Below, in pieces: positions 25,832 to 38,128 of a stretch of DNA of 64,000 nucleotides. The stretch is taken from positions 15,376,001-15,440,000 of the forward strand of contig NC_092674.1 of the NCBI RefSeq assembly GCF_964355755.1, given 5' to 3'. This DNA is from Antedon mediterranea. Its lineage: Eukaryota > Animalia > Echinodermata. Under the pieces are notes generated by a model, which was not told the origin of the DNA, searched no databases, and was given only the letters and a program-made list of their open reading frames with translations. The translations under genes and the position numbers were made by a program. Numbering within the stretch: the first letter of the stretch is position 1; each line of letters begins with the position of its first letter.

Positions 25832-26619
25832 CTGTTGGTTAAAAAATACAAAGTACTGTTTCAGTATATACAATTTTTTATTTTGTTTCATACGCATCCA
25901 ACAGCGTGTATCTCGCCAATTACAGAATGGGTTCAGTCTATTGTGTGTTCTTTGAACGAGTGTGCATGAGCATTACTGTTATTTTATTGGTAAAAATTCA
26001 ATCATTGAGTGATCGATCAGGCACAATGTAATGCAGTATTTTGTTTACGCTCCTGGAAATATTTTTGTTGTTTCTAGAGTTGAGCTAATATATTCGTACA
26101 CACGAATTCAGACATCCGATAGTAAGCTATGTATTTGAAGAAAACCCCCATTTTCTTACCTGATGGTCAAAGTCTTATATTAATCTGCAAAAAAGCTACT
26201 TTATCCACATGGTTTTAAATAAGGTGGTAAAATAAAAGGTTTGTCCAAATTCCTATTGCAAACCAGACTTCCGTATTGAAGGCTGATGGCAAAATCAAGA
26301 TACGAGAAGAGGTCACTACTAAAGCGAGAACTTTGGGCTATTGGATGAGAAACAGTAGGCGCATGCACACTTATTTAAAGAATACAAATAGACCGAGTGG
26401 ACCAAAAACATTCTAACTTTAAAGTGCATTTGCGTTGATTCAGTGGGGCCTAATATGATGTTCAGTATTTTGTAAATATTAGGTCGTTAAAAAGACATTC
26501 GGGTGTCTATACAAGAGGTGTCCGTTTATACAGCCTACAAAATGTACTGATTAAATAGGGATTGGTATAAGTGATGTCATAATTTCTGAATAGTTCATCG
26601 ACAAATCAACAATCCTTAC

Positions 26620-27237
26620 ATTGAAACGGCACGTCTCTTGCTGCTTTCATTTCAGCTTCATTCAGTGCACGATCAAATAGCTGCAACATGGCCAATTTCG
26701 CAATGAATTTTCCACCTGTATTTCCAATCCGCAATACATTGAAAGGTGATGTTATGTTTTCAAAATCTGTAAATCCTACACTGGTGATTTCTCCATCTCT
26801 CCACAGCGTAATTGTCTTCTTACTGCCATCAAATGTAACTGCAAGAAACGTCCATTCCAAAGGCAAAAGCATGTGCGCTCTTGTTAAAAGTACATCATCA
26901 TAGTAGACGTGGACGCTTGAGTGAAAGGGATGGTGGTTCTCATATATCTGTGAAAGTTTAAAACGCTTAGTATTTTTACCGATTGTGCTCAGGAATATCG
27001 AATGAGACGAATGTTGTGGGTAAATGTAGAATGCTAAGGTAAACGCAGTTAGTTCGTTACTGAACCCGGGGATATCAAAATTGACAGGCTCCGGATTTTT
27101 AAATTGAAAGTCACAGGACAGATTCATCGTTGGAGAAAAGTACGTTTCTGATGTTTTATAGGCAAACCAAGAGGTCAAACAGGTCAAATCCATTTTGAAA
27201 TTATTTATGGCATCTAAATGTTTAATTGTTGCTGGGT
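26620..27237 (-). CDS. Nested gene exon 5 (LamG_3/pentraxin-like concanavalin-fold domain)
   Basis: 618 nt, phase 1-1, ttgcag| and |gtaagg. Motifs FTLAFYIYP, EWTFLAVTFDG..ITLWRDG, LRIG, LQLFDRALNEAEM. Confidence 0.87.
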
Positions 27238-27833
27238 CTGCAAGAAAATACAATACAATTTACATTCATCATCATAATTATAAAACTGTTAATCACATAG
27301 TTGTGCTATCATTTTGTTCATCTCATTTTCCATATTATAGGCCTACTGTATTGAATGTGCATATTTTAGGCATAACAAATTTGTATTATTAATGATTATT
27401 CGCAGAAATGTTATCTTTAACGGATGACATCAGCATTATACTCATTGCATAATAACAATGTTCACGGAAAAGTTGCTTTGACGTAATAATAATTTGTTCA
27501 TTTTGATTTCACTTCAACGGTGTAGAAAGCAACGCATGTTCCATGCACGCAACATACGGCCTTCGCATTAACAAATCATGGAATACTTTTTGATGCCTAG
27601 CTAGTTTTGTTTTCAATTGCACATTGGTTGATACAATAGCGTATTGCAATGAACAAATCTGATTGTTTGGCTTAATTAAAAACAGAACTTTAAATTTACC
27701 AATTTTTCTACAAAAATTAATGATTCTTCCATGTTTCGACACAAGTAAATAAAGTTTTTCATAGTACTTGAGCATGCTCAGATCGATTTGTTTACAAAGT
27801 TGGTGGAGCTCCCTATTTAAAAAAAATTGATAC

Positions 27834-28064
27834 CTTGGTCTGTCTCAAGTTCATACTCGCTATAAACACGAATTTGGCATACTCGAAGTCTTTTATTGTT
27901 TCTTAACACAACATATCGGCCTGCCAAATCCTTATTACATGGTAGATCAATAACAATGCTCTTTTCAATTTGAGCCTTGGAAACAGGGTGTTCTGTACAG
28001 TCTTGTTCAGTATCACTGGTAGAGATTGTAATTCTGCTACCTTCCAAGTCCCCTCCATCATACG
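27834..28064 (-). CDS. Nested gene exon 4 (C-terminal half of F-type-lectin-like domain)
   Basis: 231 nt, phase 1-1. Reads LEGSRITI...C...C.KDLAGRYVVLR..KRLRVCQIRVY. Confidence 0.85.
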
Positions 28065-28923
28065 CTGAAAAATAATTTACCAAAAGAAGAATGTAATTGT
28101 AAATGAACAGTAGGCCTATTAAAATTCTGTATTGTTTTCTTTAATTATTAATATTTATACAGTATATAGATTATTCACACAAACAGTATTGTCTAATTTC
28201 GAAAGTAAACTTGAGAGTGTACATAATCTTAGCCACATTTTTATATCATAGGCCTATAATAAACTATGTGTGTGATTAACTTGTATTTATTTAATTTAAC
28301 TTAATTGGTCAAAAATATTGTTAAGAGCAAAATGCTTAGATTAGTTTCATTATTACTAATGGATCTATTTTGATCCTAGTCTAGAGTAGGCTTCGGGCCG
28401 GGACTTCATATAGTGTAAAAATGAACGTTGTGGGTCAACTTCAGTTTAAAGTTTACGAAAATTATCGCTGAATCGTAAATGCATGTATGTAAAATATAGT
28501 CATCTACTAGACTAGGGCCAGGCCTATAGAGGCCTAATTTCTTCGTTGAAATTAAATTGTTGAAGATGTATTGATCTACTGCTATTCTTCAGAAAATGAA
28601 ACGCAAACATTAGTAGTACAGCAATTGTTTTGATCCATATTAAATACCGTTATTTGATGCTTTTTTTTATAAAGTTTGATAACTTCGATTCGATTAACTT
28701 TTTAAGAAGATTGGTAGCGCACATGAGCGGATATGACGTAAATGTAGCGAAATCGTATCATCAAGCACTCTTCCGCGAGAGCAAGTGCAAAAACAATAGT
28801 AGGGGCCCGAGGCCGGCTTTTTGGGTAAGTGTAAACACATTGCGGGCTAAAAAGAAAGCCGGCGTCAGGCCGGCTACTAAATCGTCGAAGTGTAAATGGG
28901 GTTTAAGTTAAGCTAAAACATAC

Positions 28924-29010
28924 TGTTAGTTACTCCATTTATGATAGTCACTTTCGTTACAATGTATTCTTTGCCCAAATCTATTTGAATCCATTCGTCG
29001 TCTGTATTAG
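28924..29010 (-). CDS. Nested gene exon 3 (ANTDDEWIQIDLGKEYIVTKVTIINGVTN)
   Basis: 87 nt, phase 1-1, long pyrimidine tract plus ag| and |gtatgt. WxxxDLG motif of the FTP/F5-8C fold. Confidence 0.85.
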
Positions 29011-29432
29011 CTAGAAGGAGAAGAAGAAGGCATAACATAAATAAGTGAATCAATCCAGTAATATTGTATAAGTTACTATAGTTATACTTTTAATATACAA
29101 GTTTATCGAAAAAAAACCCACTATTTTACTGCTCTGCAAAAACGGTAAAATGCGTCAGAATAAAATGCATAACCATGATCAAAATATTGATAAAATTATT
29201 GTTATTCATTATTACTATTAGCAGTCAAAAAGACAAAAAGATAAGTAAACAAAAGTGCAGTGATTACAGTACTATAATCATTATATTTTCGATATAATAA
29301 TTCGGTATATAATAATATCATTAACTGATTTACTTGTTTATTGAAACAGCAACGTATCACGACCTATCCATGAAAAGTTTCTGTTTCAATAAAGGGGTAA
29401 TTATAGGTTATATTATTAAATTAAATTGAAGT

Positions 29433-29660
29433 TGGGTAGCCGAGTGACACTTGACTGCTGTAGCCTACAGAGAGACCCGGGTTTAATTCCGACAACTCAT
29501 CGTCTACTCGGCTGTAAATGAGTACCTGGTTGAAAATGGTTGAAATACTAGGGAGGATAAGGCAGCATGGAAAGGGACTGGCTACCCTACCACTTAATGA
29601 CGAGACTTAGTATAAAATGAGCTCCTAACAGCTCATTCTCTACGTTCAGAAATAATTACT
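29433..29660 (+). mobile_element. tRNA-derived SINE with Deu/Nin-like central domain
   Basis: Degenerate A box (gtagccgagtg) and B box (gggtttaattcc), followed by gtctactcggctgtaaatgagtacctgg. Confidence 0.65.
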
Positions 29661-29938
29661 ACCCGGATGTGACAATTATTAATAAACCTTTAACGATAAA
29701 AGAAACTGTGTAAACTTGGATATCTAACATTTAAACATCTTATACCAGATGACCAAACAAATACAATTTATTTATTATACTAGGGCCAATTATAAATACA
29801 ATTTTCTCTTTGTTAAAGTGATTTAACTTTTTAATTTCTCTGAGATTCATAGAAAAAAAACAAGAAAATATAATATTACGTATAGGCATATAATAAATCT
29901 AAATTTAAACACATCAAGTGTAGTTAATTCTTTTTTAC

Positions 29939-30055
29939 CTGTTTTAAAACATTGTGCAAACTTTCCCGACTTGTCATCTCCGTTTGTAAGTATGTTAGGA
30001 TCAAAACCTAGAGGATATGACCTCGCAGTGACAGTCTTATTGTATGACAAATTTG
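29939..30055 (-). CDS. Nested gene exon 2 (ANLSYNKTVTARSYPLGFDPNILTNGDDKSGKFAQCFKT)
   Basis: 117 nt, phase 1-1. Resembles the N-terminal part of an F-type lectin domain (N-x-A-x-x-K...DG...C-x-x-T). Confidence 0.82.
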
Positions 30056-30459
30056 CTAAAAAACAGATAAAAATGTTGTCTTTTAAAATTGGTTATAATA
30101 ATAACAAATATTAAAACAATTGCATTAAACAATCTTTATTAAAAGGGAAGACAAGTTTATTAAAAAATATCCAATTTTTTAAGCCTATATAAAAAGATTT
30201 TTAAACAAAAACTTGAAAAACATAAAATAATTATTTTATATTATATTGAAATACTGAAACTACATCATGCAATATTTAAAATACTGAAAAAAAAACTATC
30301 TTGTCTACTACAAAGTACAAAAAAAAAACTGTTCACATTCGTTCATTAACTATTGTTTTGAACATCATCACAATTTACACCATTTTTAAACCAACAGACG
30401 ACACAAATGTTATAATTTATGCATTATTTGTCTTAAAATAGAAAAACAAATTAACTTAC

Positions 30460-30520
30460 CTGAATGGACTTTAAAGAAACATGAAATTAAACAGCAGACT
30501 AGAAACACATTGAAATACAT
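30460..30520 (-). CDS. Nested gene exon 1: signal peptide MYFNVFLVCCLISCFFKVHS
   Basis: ATG, 20 mostly hydrophobic codons, cag|gtaagt donor in phase 1. The six exons sum to 1392 nt with no internal stop (463 aa). Confidence 0.82.
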
Positions 30521-32552
30521 CTTTACACAGGATCTCAATAATTGGAATACTGTGAGTGAGATAACTAGTCAAGAGAAAAAATACGAGAATTCATCGCATG
30601 CAGCAGTTATATTATCTTTTTAATTCTCATTAAATCAATATACGTGTGTAATAATAAAATAATCACATTATTTTCCATTTTTGTTGTAAAAATTATCATG
30701 TCAAAATATATGAATAGACATGTAAACATAATAAGAGAGAATAATTACAAAGTTTACAAAGCTTTAACCTGTATTAACCTGTACACCTTCTCTCATAAAT
30801 AAGGTAAAAGATGCAATGTCACTCGTTAGATGTAAAACTTAATTTAAATTCAACATAAATTAAAAGAAAAAAAGAAATATTTTTTCTACAAACGAGAGTT
30901 TGTAGACAAAAACTGTTAAGATGTATACTACAGAAATTCAATTTCAAATAGTATTCGAACTTACATTAAAAATCTGTTTCGAATATTACTCAATTATTCA
31001 GATTCCATAATTTAGTTAATTGTTTCTGCTATAGCATTTAATGTTGGTTAAGACAAACACAACCGCCAGCAGGTCTTTCTCCCAGCGTTTCTATTACTGC
31101 AGTTTCAAATTCTGCTTCTGTTTTGTAGTGTACGGCATTGGAATTCATGGCCAGAAAGGATCCCAAATTGCAACACACACACAAAATACATAACAATAGC
31201 CTAAAAAAATGTTGCACGTTCATTTAAAATAGAATACTACAGTGCGAAAAAGTGCCCATTGTGTTTGCTAATACATATGTTACACTGATCTAAATAATCT
31301 ATTTTACTTACTGTTTTTGGGTACTGGAATTATAGTGGATTTTTTCCTTAGTTTCGGTATTATGCATAACTTTAGCGAGGACTGGAAGAGGTGTTGAAGA
31401 ACACCACATACAGTAGTTGGTCCGAACAAAAAACATCACAGCAGCGATGGCTTGGCGCGTTGTGTATCGGCTTTGACGTAAGATTTATGATTTATAGATA
31501 CATATTTAGGTAGTCATGGTAACTTGTTTTTATAGGCCTATTGAGTCCTAGTTTCCAAATATCCATTTTTTCAGCCGTAGTAAGTTTTAGCTTCCACTTG
31601 ATACAGTTTCCTAATACTTTTGTCATCTTGAATATAATCAGCCTAAGGTCGTGGAGTAACAAAAAGTGAGAAAGGCTCATCAGTTTTCCTGATTGGGCAG
31701 AAACTGTAAATGTAGTTAAAAAGGTCTACTACTAATATAATGAGAGTTCAAATGAGTGCTTAATTATTGATTGGGAGATTTTATGGGTGCCCTGCTTTTT
31801 GTATGCCATACTTCAGTAGATTTTTTATCATCACTTAAAAAAAATCTATTTGCATGTATGCTGCCCTCTTTAGCAATAAAGCTTAACTTTATTTATAGAT
31901 TTACTACTAGATCATCAATTCTAAAATAGAAGGGGAACTAGGTAAATGACTACTGATACATCTATTCAAGTATAAAAATAATCCTTTAAAACAATAAGAC
32001 TGTATAAATTGCCGCCAGAACACCATATACACTGATTTTTATAATAAATTGCAATGAAATTAATTTCTTAGTAAATTTCAAGCACTTTCATATACAAGGA
32101 TCATACAGAATACTTTCCTGCATTGATAAGCTCTACACCCTGTAATGGAGGCATAGTTGACTGCTGCAGCCATTTTCTGTGGTCCCCACTACATATTTGA
32201 ACTGCGATAACATTTAGTAAGGATTATTCTCTTTTGCAGTTGTTTTTGTGCCAAAATTAAAAATAGATTTTTTGGACTAACTTTGTTTTTCTTGAGTTGT
32301 TGGATTAAAAAAGTTAAGGTGCCATTTGTTTTCCGAACACTCCTTCAGCCGCCATCTTGAACTCAAAATGGCTAATATTTCAAACCAAAAGATCAACATG
32401 TAATTTCACAAAATAGTGTACTGTTTGGTATCATTGGATAGGTTTTTTTATTCTGAATACAGTTTTACCAATATCTGTTTAATTTTTATAATTTTCCATT
32501 TATATGTTTTATATCTATTAATGAACCTAAGTACAGTACTGGATAACACATA

Positions 32553-33912
32553 GGGCCTGTTTATGAACAGCAAGTATCCGGATAACTTGTCATCTTTTGG
32601 GGTCATTAATCATGCCTTAACGACCCTTAATGGCTTTTAGTACTACCACCTGGGTTATCCAGACCAACCTCAGCCCAGCAAATTTGGAGGGTTGGCTTGT
32701 CCTCAGGGGAGTTGAAGGCGACCTTGCTGGATTAAACAATGTATTTTATGAGATAATCATGCAAATCAGGCTGAAAATAAGGCCATGAGTAGCCGGATAA
32801 CTAGAAGTCTGTAAACGGTAGGGAGAATTTTGATTTAGGGTATGTTCAGACCTACGGAGTTATGCTTTCGTATCACAGCCAAGGTCATATTTTAATGAGT
32901 GTCGTAAGAGCAAAGTGTTCAGATTCATTGCAACGAAGTTGCGTTACAAACGGATATGATGTCACTCGCTGGCGATTAACCAAACTCTAACGCACGTATA
33001 GACCTACCTTCGTTGTTATTAAAAGTAGTAGTGGTTGGGGTAGGAGTTACAGGCCTAGACCGAACACTTGGGCTCGGAATTATCGATGGGTTGTCAGGCA
33101 TACCAACCAGCCGATCGTTTTGGGGTTTGGGTTTATATTTGGTCTAGGCCTAAAATATCATTTATGGCAGAAAAATGTTCAAATCCCGTACTTGCACCGG
33201 CTCCAGACTTATTTACTCGGTCTTTCGCCGCTTTATACGACGACCCCTTCAATTTCGTTTGGATATAATTTAAATCCTTCTTTATTAATATTATGAGGAT
33301 GGCCCATCTGCTAACGTGTCTGCCATCTCGTTGAACACAGACATCTTGTTGCCGGTGCTTTTACGCCAGTTTTTCACTTCCAACCGATCTCTAAACTCAG
33401 GGCTTCCCCACAATGAAATAAGGTATTTTACTTCGGTTTCTCGCCAATGCGCACGCTTCGATGACATTTTAAATTAATTAATATAATAATATTAATAATA
33501 ATAATACTGTATACCTAGTGTAACAACAAACAAAAGGTATGATTTTTTCGCACGTTCACCCATCACAACAAATGGATCAGCTTGGCTATACGATGAGGAG
33601 CACATGTCACGATGTGATGTGGCGAATATTGTAATTTGATTGGCTAGATATCTAACCTAGGTCATATTCATCGATGCGTGACTTTCGTATTGTAAGCGAC
33701 GTCCACTAAACTCATACCTTGAGCTTTCGTAGCGTACGAAATATCAGTGTCGTACGAGGTGGCTTCCACTAATCTTTTCCTGGTTCAGACTTATGGACTT
33801 GTACGCCGCGTACAATACGAAAGCATAACTCCGTAGGTCTGAACAGGCCCTTAGCCTTGTCAGGAGAGACCTCTGGCATATCCAGATACTTTAAATGTTC
33901 ATAAACACAACC
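32553..33912. mobile_element. Older Harbinger-type MITE that hosts the 32838-33850 insertion
   Basis: Degenerate TIRs gggcctgtttatgaaca..gtatccggata / tatccagatac..tgttcataaacacaacc. Confidence 0.55.
32838..33850 (-). mobile_element. PIF/Harbinger non-autonomous element (1.0 kb) carrying a Myb/SANT-like pseudogene, copy 1
   Basis: About 35-bp TIRs ggg(ta/cc)tgttcagacctacggagttatgctttcgtat, TTA TSD. Internal MSSKRAHWRETEVKYLISLWG...SVFNEMADTL on the minus strand. Confidence 0.88.
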
Positions 33913-33916
33913 TTAA

Positions 33917-34487
33917 AGACACCTTCCCTACGTTTTTTAGATCTATTTTAAGATCACAAACTATATTTCTACTATATGGTCCTATTGCGATAACTTTTTT
34001 CGTCTTTAAATGGTTAAAAATGTGAAAAATAAGTCGATTCTAATAATTATAGCGGCCCGCTATAAATCCCAAAATGCATTGCGCACGGATTGATATTTCT
34101 GTTTTTCTTCTGTAATTCACCCACTTTTCGATCAATCGTGAGGCCAAAACAAATGGAAACCTCCTAACTTTTCAGCGAAAATACCGGGTTTTCCCCAATT
34201 TGTATCAACAGAGTCTGGCAAAAATAGAAAGACAATTAATGCAGCAACTATACAACGTCAGGCTAGGTATATAGCTAGCGTACGATGTTCGTACGTTACC
34301 AATTTTTACCAGCTAGGCCTACAAAACTAAGCCTAGCTAGGCTAGGCCTAAATACCGTCCACAAGAGGTCAGTCGCCGCGAGCTACTTAGGTAGTGCATT
34401 GTTTCTCACTTTTTATCATAATTTACCATAAAACGTACATTTAAGGAATGACCTGGTTTAACGTCACAAATTGTAGGGAAGGTGTCT
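33917..34487 (+). mobile_element. Kolobok-like MITE, complete copy
   Basis: ttaa|agacaccttccctac...gtagggaaggtgtct|ttaa: 15-bp perfect TIR and TTAA TSD. Further copies near 11530, 52834 and 53744. Confidence 0.8.
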
Positions 34488-34527
34488 TTAACTTACCCCG
34501 CTCTCCCCTACAATTAGTTGTACAGTA

Positions 34528-36692
34528 CTTAAAGGCTGTAAAAATATTGATATTATTTTTCTTGATTTTTCGTCTGCATTTGATAAGGTGTCTCATAAAA
34601 GATTAATTAAGAAACTTAATAACTGTGGCATTGGTGGAAACACTAATGCATGGATTACAGATTTTCTTTCAAATAGACGCAAAAGGGTTATTTACAGAGG
34701 AGAAAAGTCAGAGTGGGTAAATGTTACTTCAGGGGTACCACAAGAGTCAGTTTTGGGCCCTCTTTTATTTTTGATTTACGTAAGTGATATTGTAAATAAT
34801 ATTTCTTCTTCACTTTTTCAATTTGCTGATGATCACACATTATCACGTCCTATTTATAACAATAATGATTGTAAATTGCTTCAAAAGGATTTAGATTTAA
34901 TTGCTAAATGGGCAAATGTAAATAAACTTCCCTTAAATCCTGTCAAATGCGCAGTAATGCATGTTACAAGATGTAAAGAGATCGTTAACTGGGATTATAC
35001 CATAGAATCAGACAATATTCCTAAAGTTACAGAATTTAAATTTGTAGGTGTATATGTAAATAGTTTGTTGTCGTGTCATACACAAGTTAATTATATATGT
35101 TGTAAAGCAAGCAAATTGCTTGGTTTCATTTCAAAATGTAGTAAAAATATGTCTTGGTTAGCTATGTTGAACTTATACAAAGCTCTATTACTTCCAGTGG
35201 TTACCTACTGTTGTTCAATGTGGGCACCATTTGTGAAATCACATATTAATAGAATAGAAAGTATACAAAGGAAAGCAACAAGGATAATAATGTTTAGAAA
35301 GGAAGGTTCCTGGGACACATCTTATTTTCATAGGTTGAAAGTGCTTGAATTATTATCTATTCATGACTTGCTTAAATTACATACGCCCGTATTCTTAAAC
35401 CGGACTTTAGTCGTAGTTCGAGCTAAAACTTTAAAAATGACGTCATTTTAATTCATAAATCGCCGACTAGTTCACGCCAACCTCGACTAAATCGAGACGA
35501 ATTTTGATCGATTTTTTTAGTCCTGGAGGGGGCAGGCTAAATGGTCGACTAAATAGTTTTTAAACGATGTTTATGAAAACCGTAACAGTCATTGAGTTGT
35601 TATATTGGCCAGATATTGAAAAATGAAATATCTATTTTTATATTAGCTTAATTAAGTATACATTGGTATAAGTTATAATAATGAAAATAATCTTTATTTA
35701 CAACCGTATACAAATTACATTATTTTCTTTGCGCAAGTCCGACTTGAACTACGTCACGCCATAGCGACAATGGCAGATGCGGAAATTCACCACGCGATGG
35801 AATGTTTAGGGCCTAGCGCTTTCTTGTCACGCGATGAAGTGCGTGGTTCGTCGCGATCATACTTTGTTGGTGGCCTAGAAAATATAAAAGTTACCGTACC
35901 GCCATGGTTCCTGATATTTTGAATATTTTGTTTGTTGTTAATCAAAAGTACTTCACTGTTAAATTGATACTGATCTTGTTCTAATAATTAATGATTAAAA
36001 TTACTTTTCATGTATATAGTCCTGATGCGTAAAAAGTGTTGTAAGAAAATGGAAAGTGATATCAATGCGAAAAATTTCGTCTGCTCCTCAAATACTCTCT
36101 TGTCATTGGCCAATGAATAGCCTTTGTTACCTAGACGTGTGCAACTCGACTAAAAGCTCGACTTCATTAAGTCGAACTGCAAACTTCGACTACTTCGTTT
36201 TTGAATCGAATTTGAAGTAATAGCTCGAACTACGACTTTTTCAAGTCGAACTTCGAACTACGACTAAAGTCCGGTTTAAGAATACGGGCGTTAGACTTTC
36301 ATTGGGATTTAAGGTGTTGAAAGGTTACTGCCCCAATTCTTTCAATGAGTATATTAAATCTAGTGAAAGATGTCCGGGTAGGCTTTTACGTTGGAATTCG
36401 AAAGGCAATACTTTTCATAATTCTGTATTTGTTTCCTTTCCTAGACTATGGGAGCAAATACCAAATGACATAAAAGATTCACAAACAATTTCAATATTTA
36501 AGGCTGCTTTAACAAAACACTATATTTCATGTTATGTATAGTTTATTTGTATTTTTCTTGTATATGGTTTTATCTTAACTGTTTGTATTGTATGGAGTGA
36601 GTGCAGAATCTGTTTGGGCTTTAGCCTATTCTGATTCCTGGTTATTTTTACATTGATGACCGAATAAATATTATTATTATTATTATTATTAT
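34528..36692 (+). mobile_element. 5'-truncated CR1/L2-group LINE (RT ORF), interrupted by a MITE, with AATAAA and (ATT)n tail
   Basis: IDIIFLDFSSAFDKVSH, SGVPQESVLGPLLFLIY, FADD, IESIQRKATR. Frame resumes at 36294 after the insertion; tail at 36663-36692. Confidence 0.92.
35384..36290. mobile_element. Harbinger-type MITE (907 bp) inserted in the LINE
   Basis: 38-bp perfect TIR cgcccgtattcttaaaccggactttagtcgtagttcga. Flanks ata/tta. Confidence 0.88.
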
Positions 36693-36799
36693 TTGCATTT
36701 TTAGTTGGGGAATATGCATGTAGGTTTGGAAAAAAATACTGTTCTTTTATTCTCTAATATAAAATACCACTGCCATTTTTACCTAGGATAATTGTTTTT

Positions 36800-38128
36800 A
36801 TATTATATATATATATAACTTTATTCACAATCTCAGATAATACAAAGTACATGCAAAATTAATTGAAGTTGTGAACAGGGTTAAGTTGTAAGCTAATGCT
36901 TTAGACGCAAAGCCCCTTAAAACAAAAAAAATTTGAAATAGATAAATAATTAAATAAATAAATAAATAAAAACAGTATAATGTACCATATTAATTGTAAC
37001 GATAAAAATACTAACAATAGAAATAATGCAGTGATAATAACAAATCAAATGTCAAGAGAAAATCAATTTACCAGTAGCTTAAAATTAATGATAACTGGTG
37101 ACAAACAATCATGAATTTTATGTTTGAACATACCAATACTGGTTGACATTTTAATGTCATTGGGTAGTGAGTTCCACACATTAGTGCCTCTGTATGTGAC
37201 ACTTTGTTGGCCCAATAGGGTCCTTTTGAAAGCAGTGCTTAAATTGTCTTTAGCACTTGTCTCATGATTATGTTTGGAATTGTTTGTAGCAAAGAAAGAA
37301 TCAAAAGTATTAGGCAACTTCTTATGATGAAACTTAAACATGAGTATCGCAACACTTTTTTGGTACAGCTCAGATAATTTTAATGTTTGTGTGCGGGCAA
37401 AGAGTGGTAGAGAAAGATGATGAAAAGGAACGTTGCAAACAATTATTAGTGCTTTCTTTTGTAAAATATAAAGACGATTTAAAATAGTTTGATTAGTATA
37501 GTAGATCCCCATAGTGTTATGGCTTAGGTTAGGTATATGAGAGAGTTGTATATTTTAAATAGGATTTCGTATTTTATTTTATTCATGGTGCCTATAGCTG
37601 TTGAAACTTTCTTTCTTTCTTTACATGATATGCAAATGATAATTTCTCATCTAGATGAACACCAAGAAACTTTGTTTGATTTACTCGTTCTATAATATCA
37701 GTATTAATTAGCAAAGTTAGATTTGACGTGTCAATTTTTACATTTCTACTAGTAAATACAATATAATTCGTTTTTTTTGGTATTCACCGTTAATCTACAG
37801 TATTTGCAATAAACCAGTTTCATAGTTTAAAATATTGAATGCTCTTGTAATATCATTGTGTTGCAGGAACACATTAGTGTCAACTGCATACATAATAACG
37901 TTTGTGTTTCTACAGGCAAATGGCATATCATTTATAAAAATCGGGAAGATAAGGGTCCAAGAATGTATTTGGTTTCTGATTTTTTACCTTCTACGTTCAC
38001 AAACTGTTTTCTAGTTGATAAGTAACTCTTAAACCAATCTAAAACGACACCTCTAATACCGTAATGTCTCATCTTCTGTAATAAAATGTGATGATCCATT
38101 GAATCGAACGCTTTTGATAAATCTAATT
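36800..38128 (-). mobile_element. Degenerate 5'-truncated L2/CR1-group LINE
   Basis: [30 protein letters not shown] at the YADD position, KFLGV, LYILQKKAL...VWNSLP. AATAAA and (TA)n tail near 36800-36825. Confidence 0.88.

Noticed and set aside
31038-31700. Short minus-strand ORFs, one with a hydrophobic N-terminus
   Set aside because: No coherent exon chain; at most faint similarity to transposon accessory proteins.
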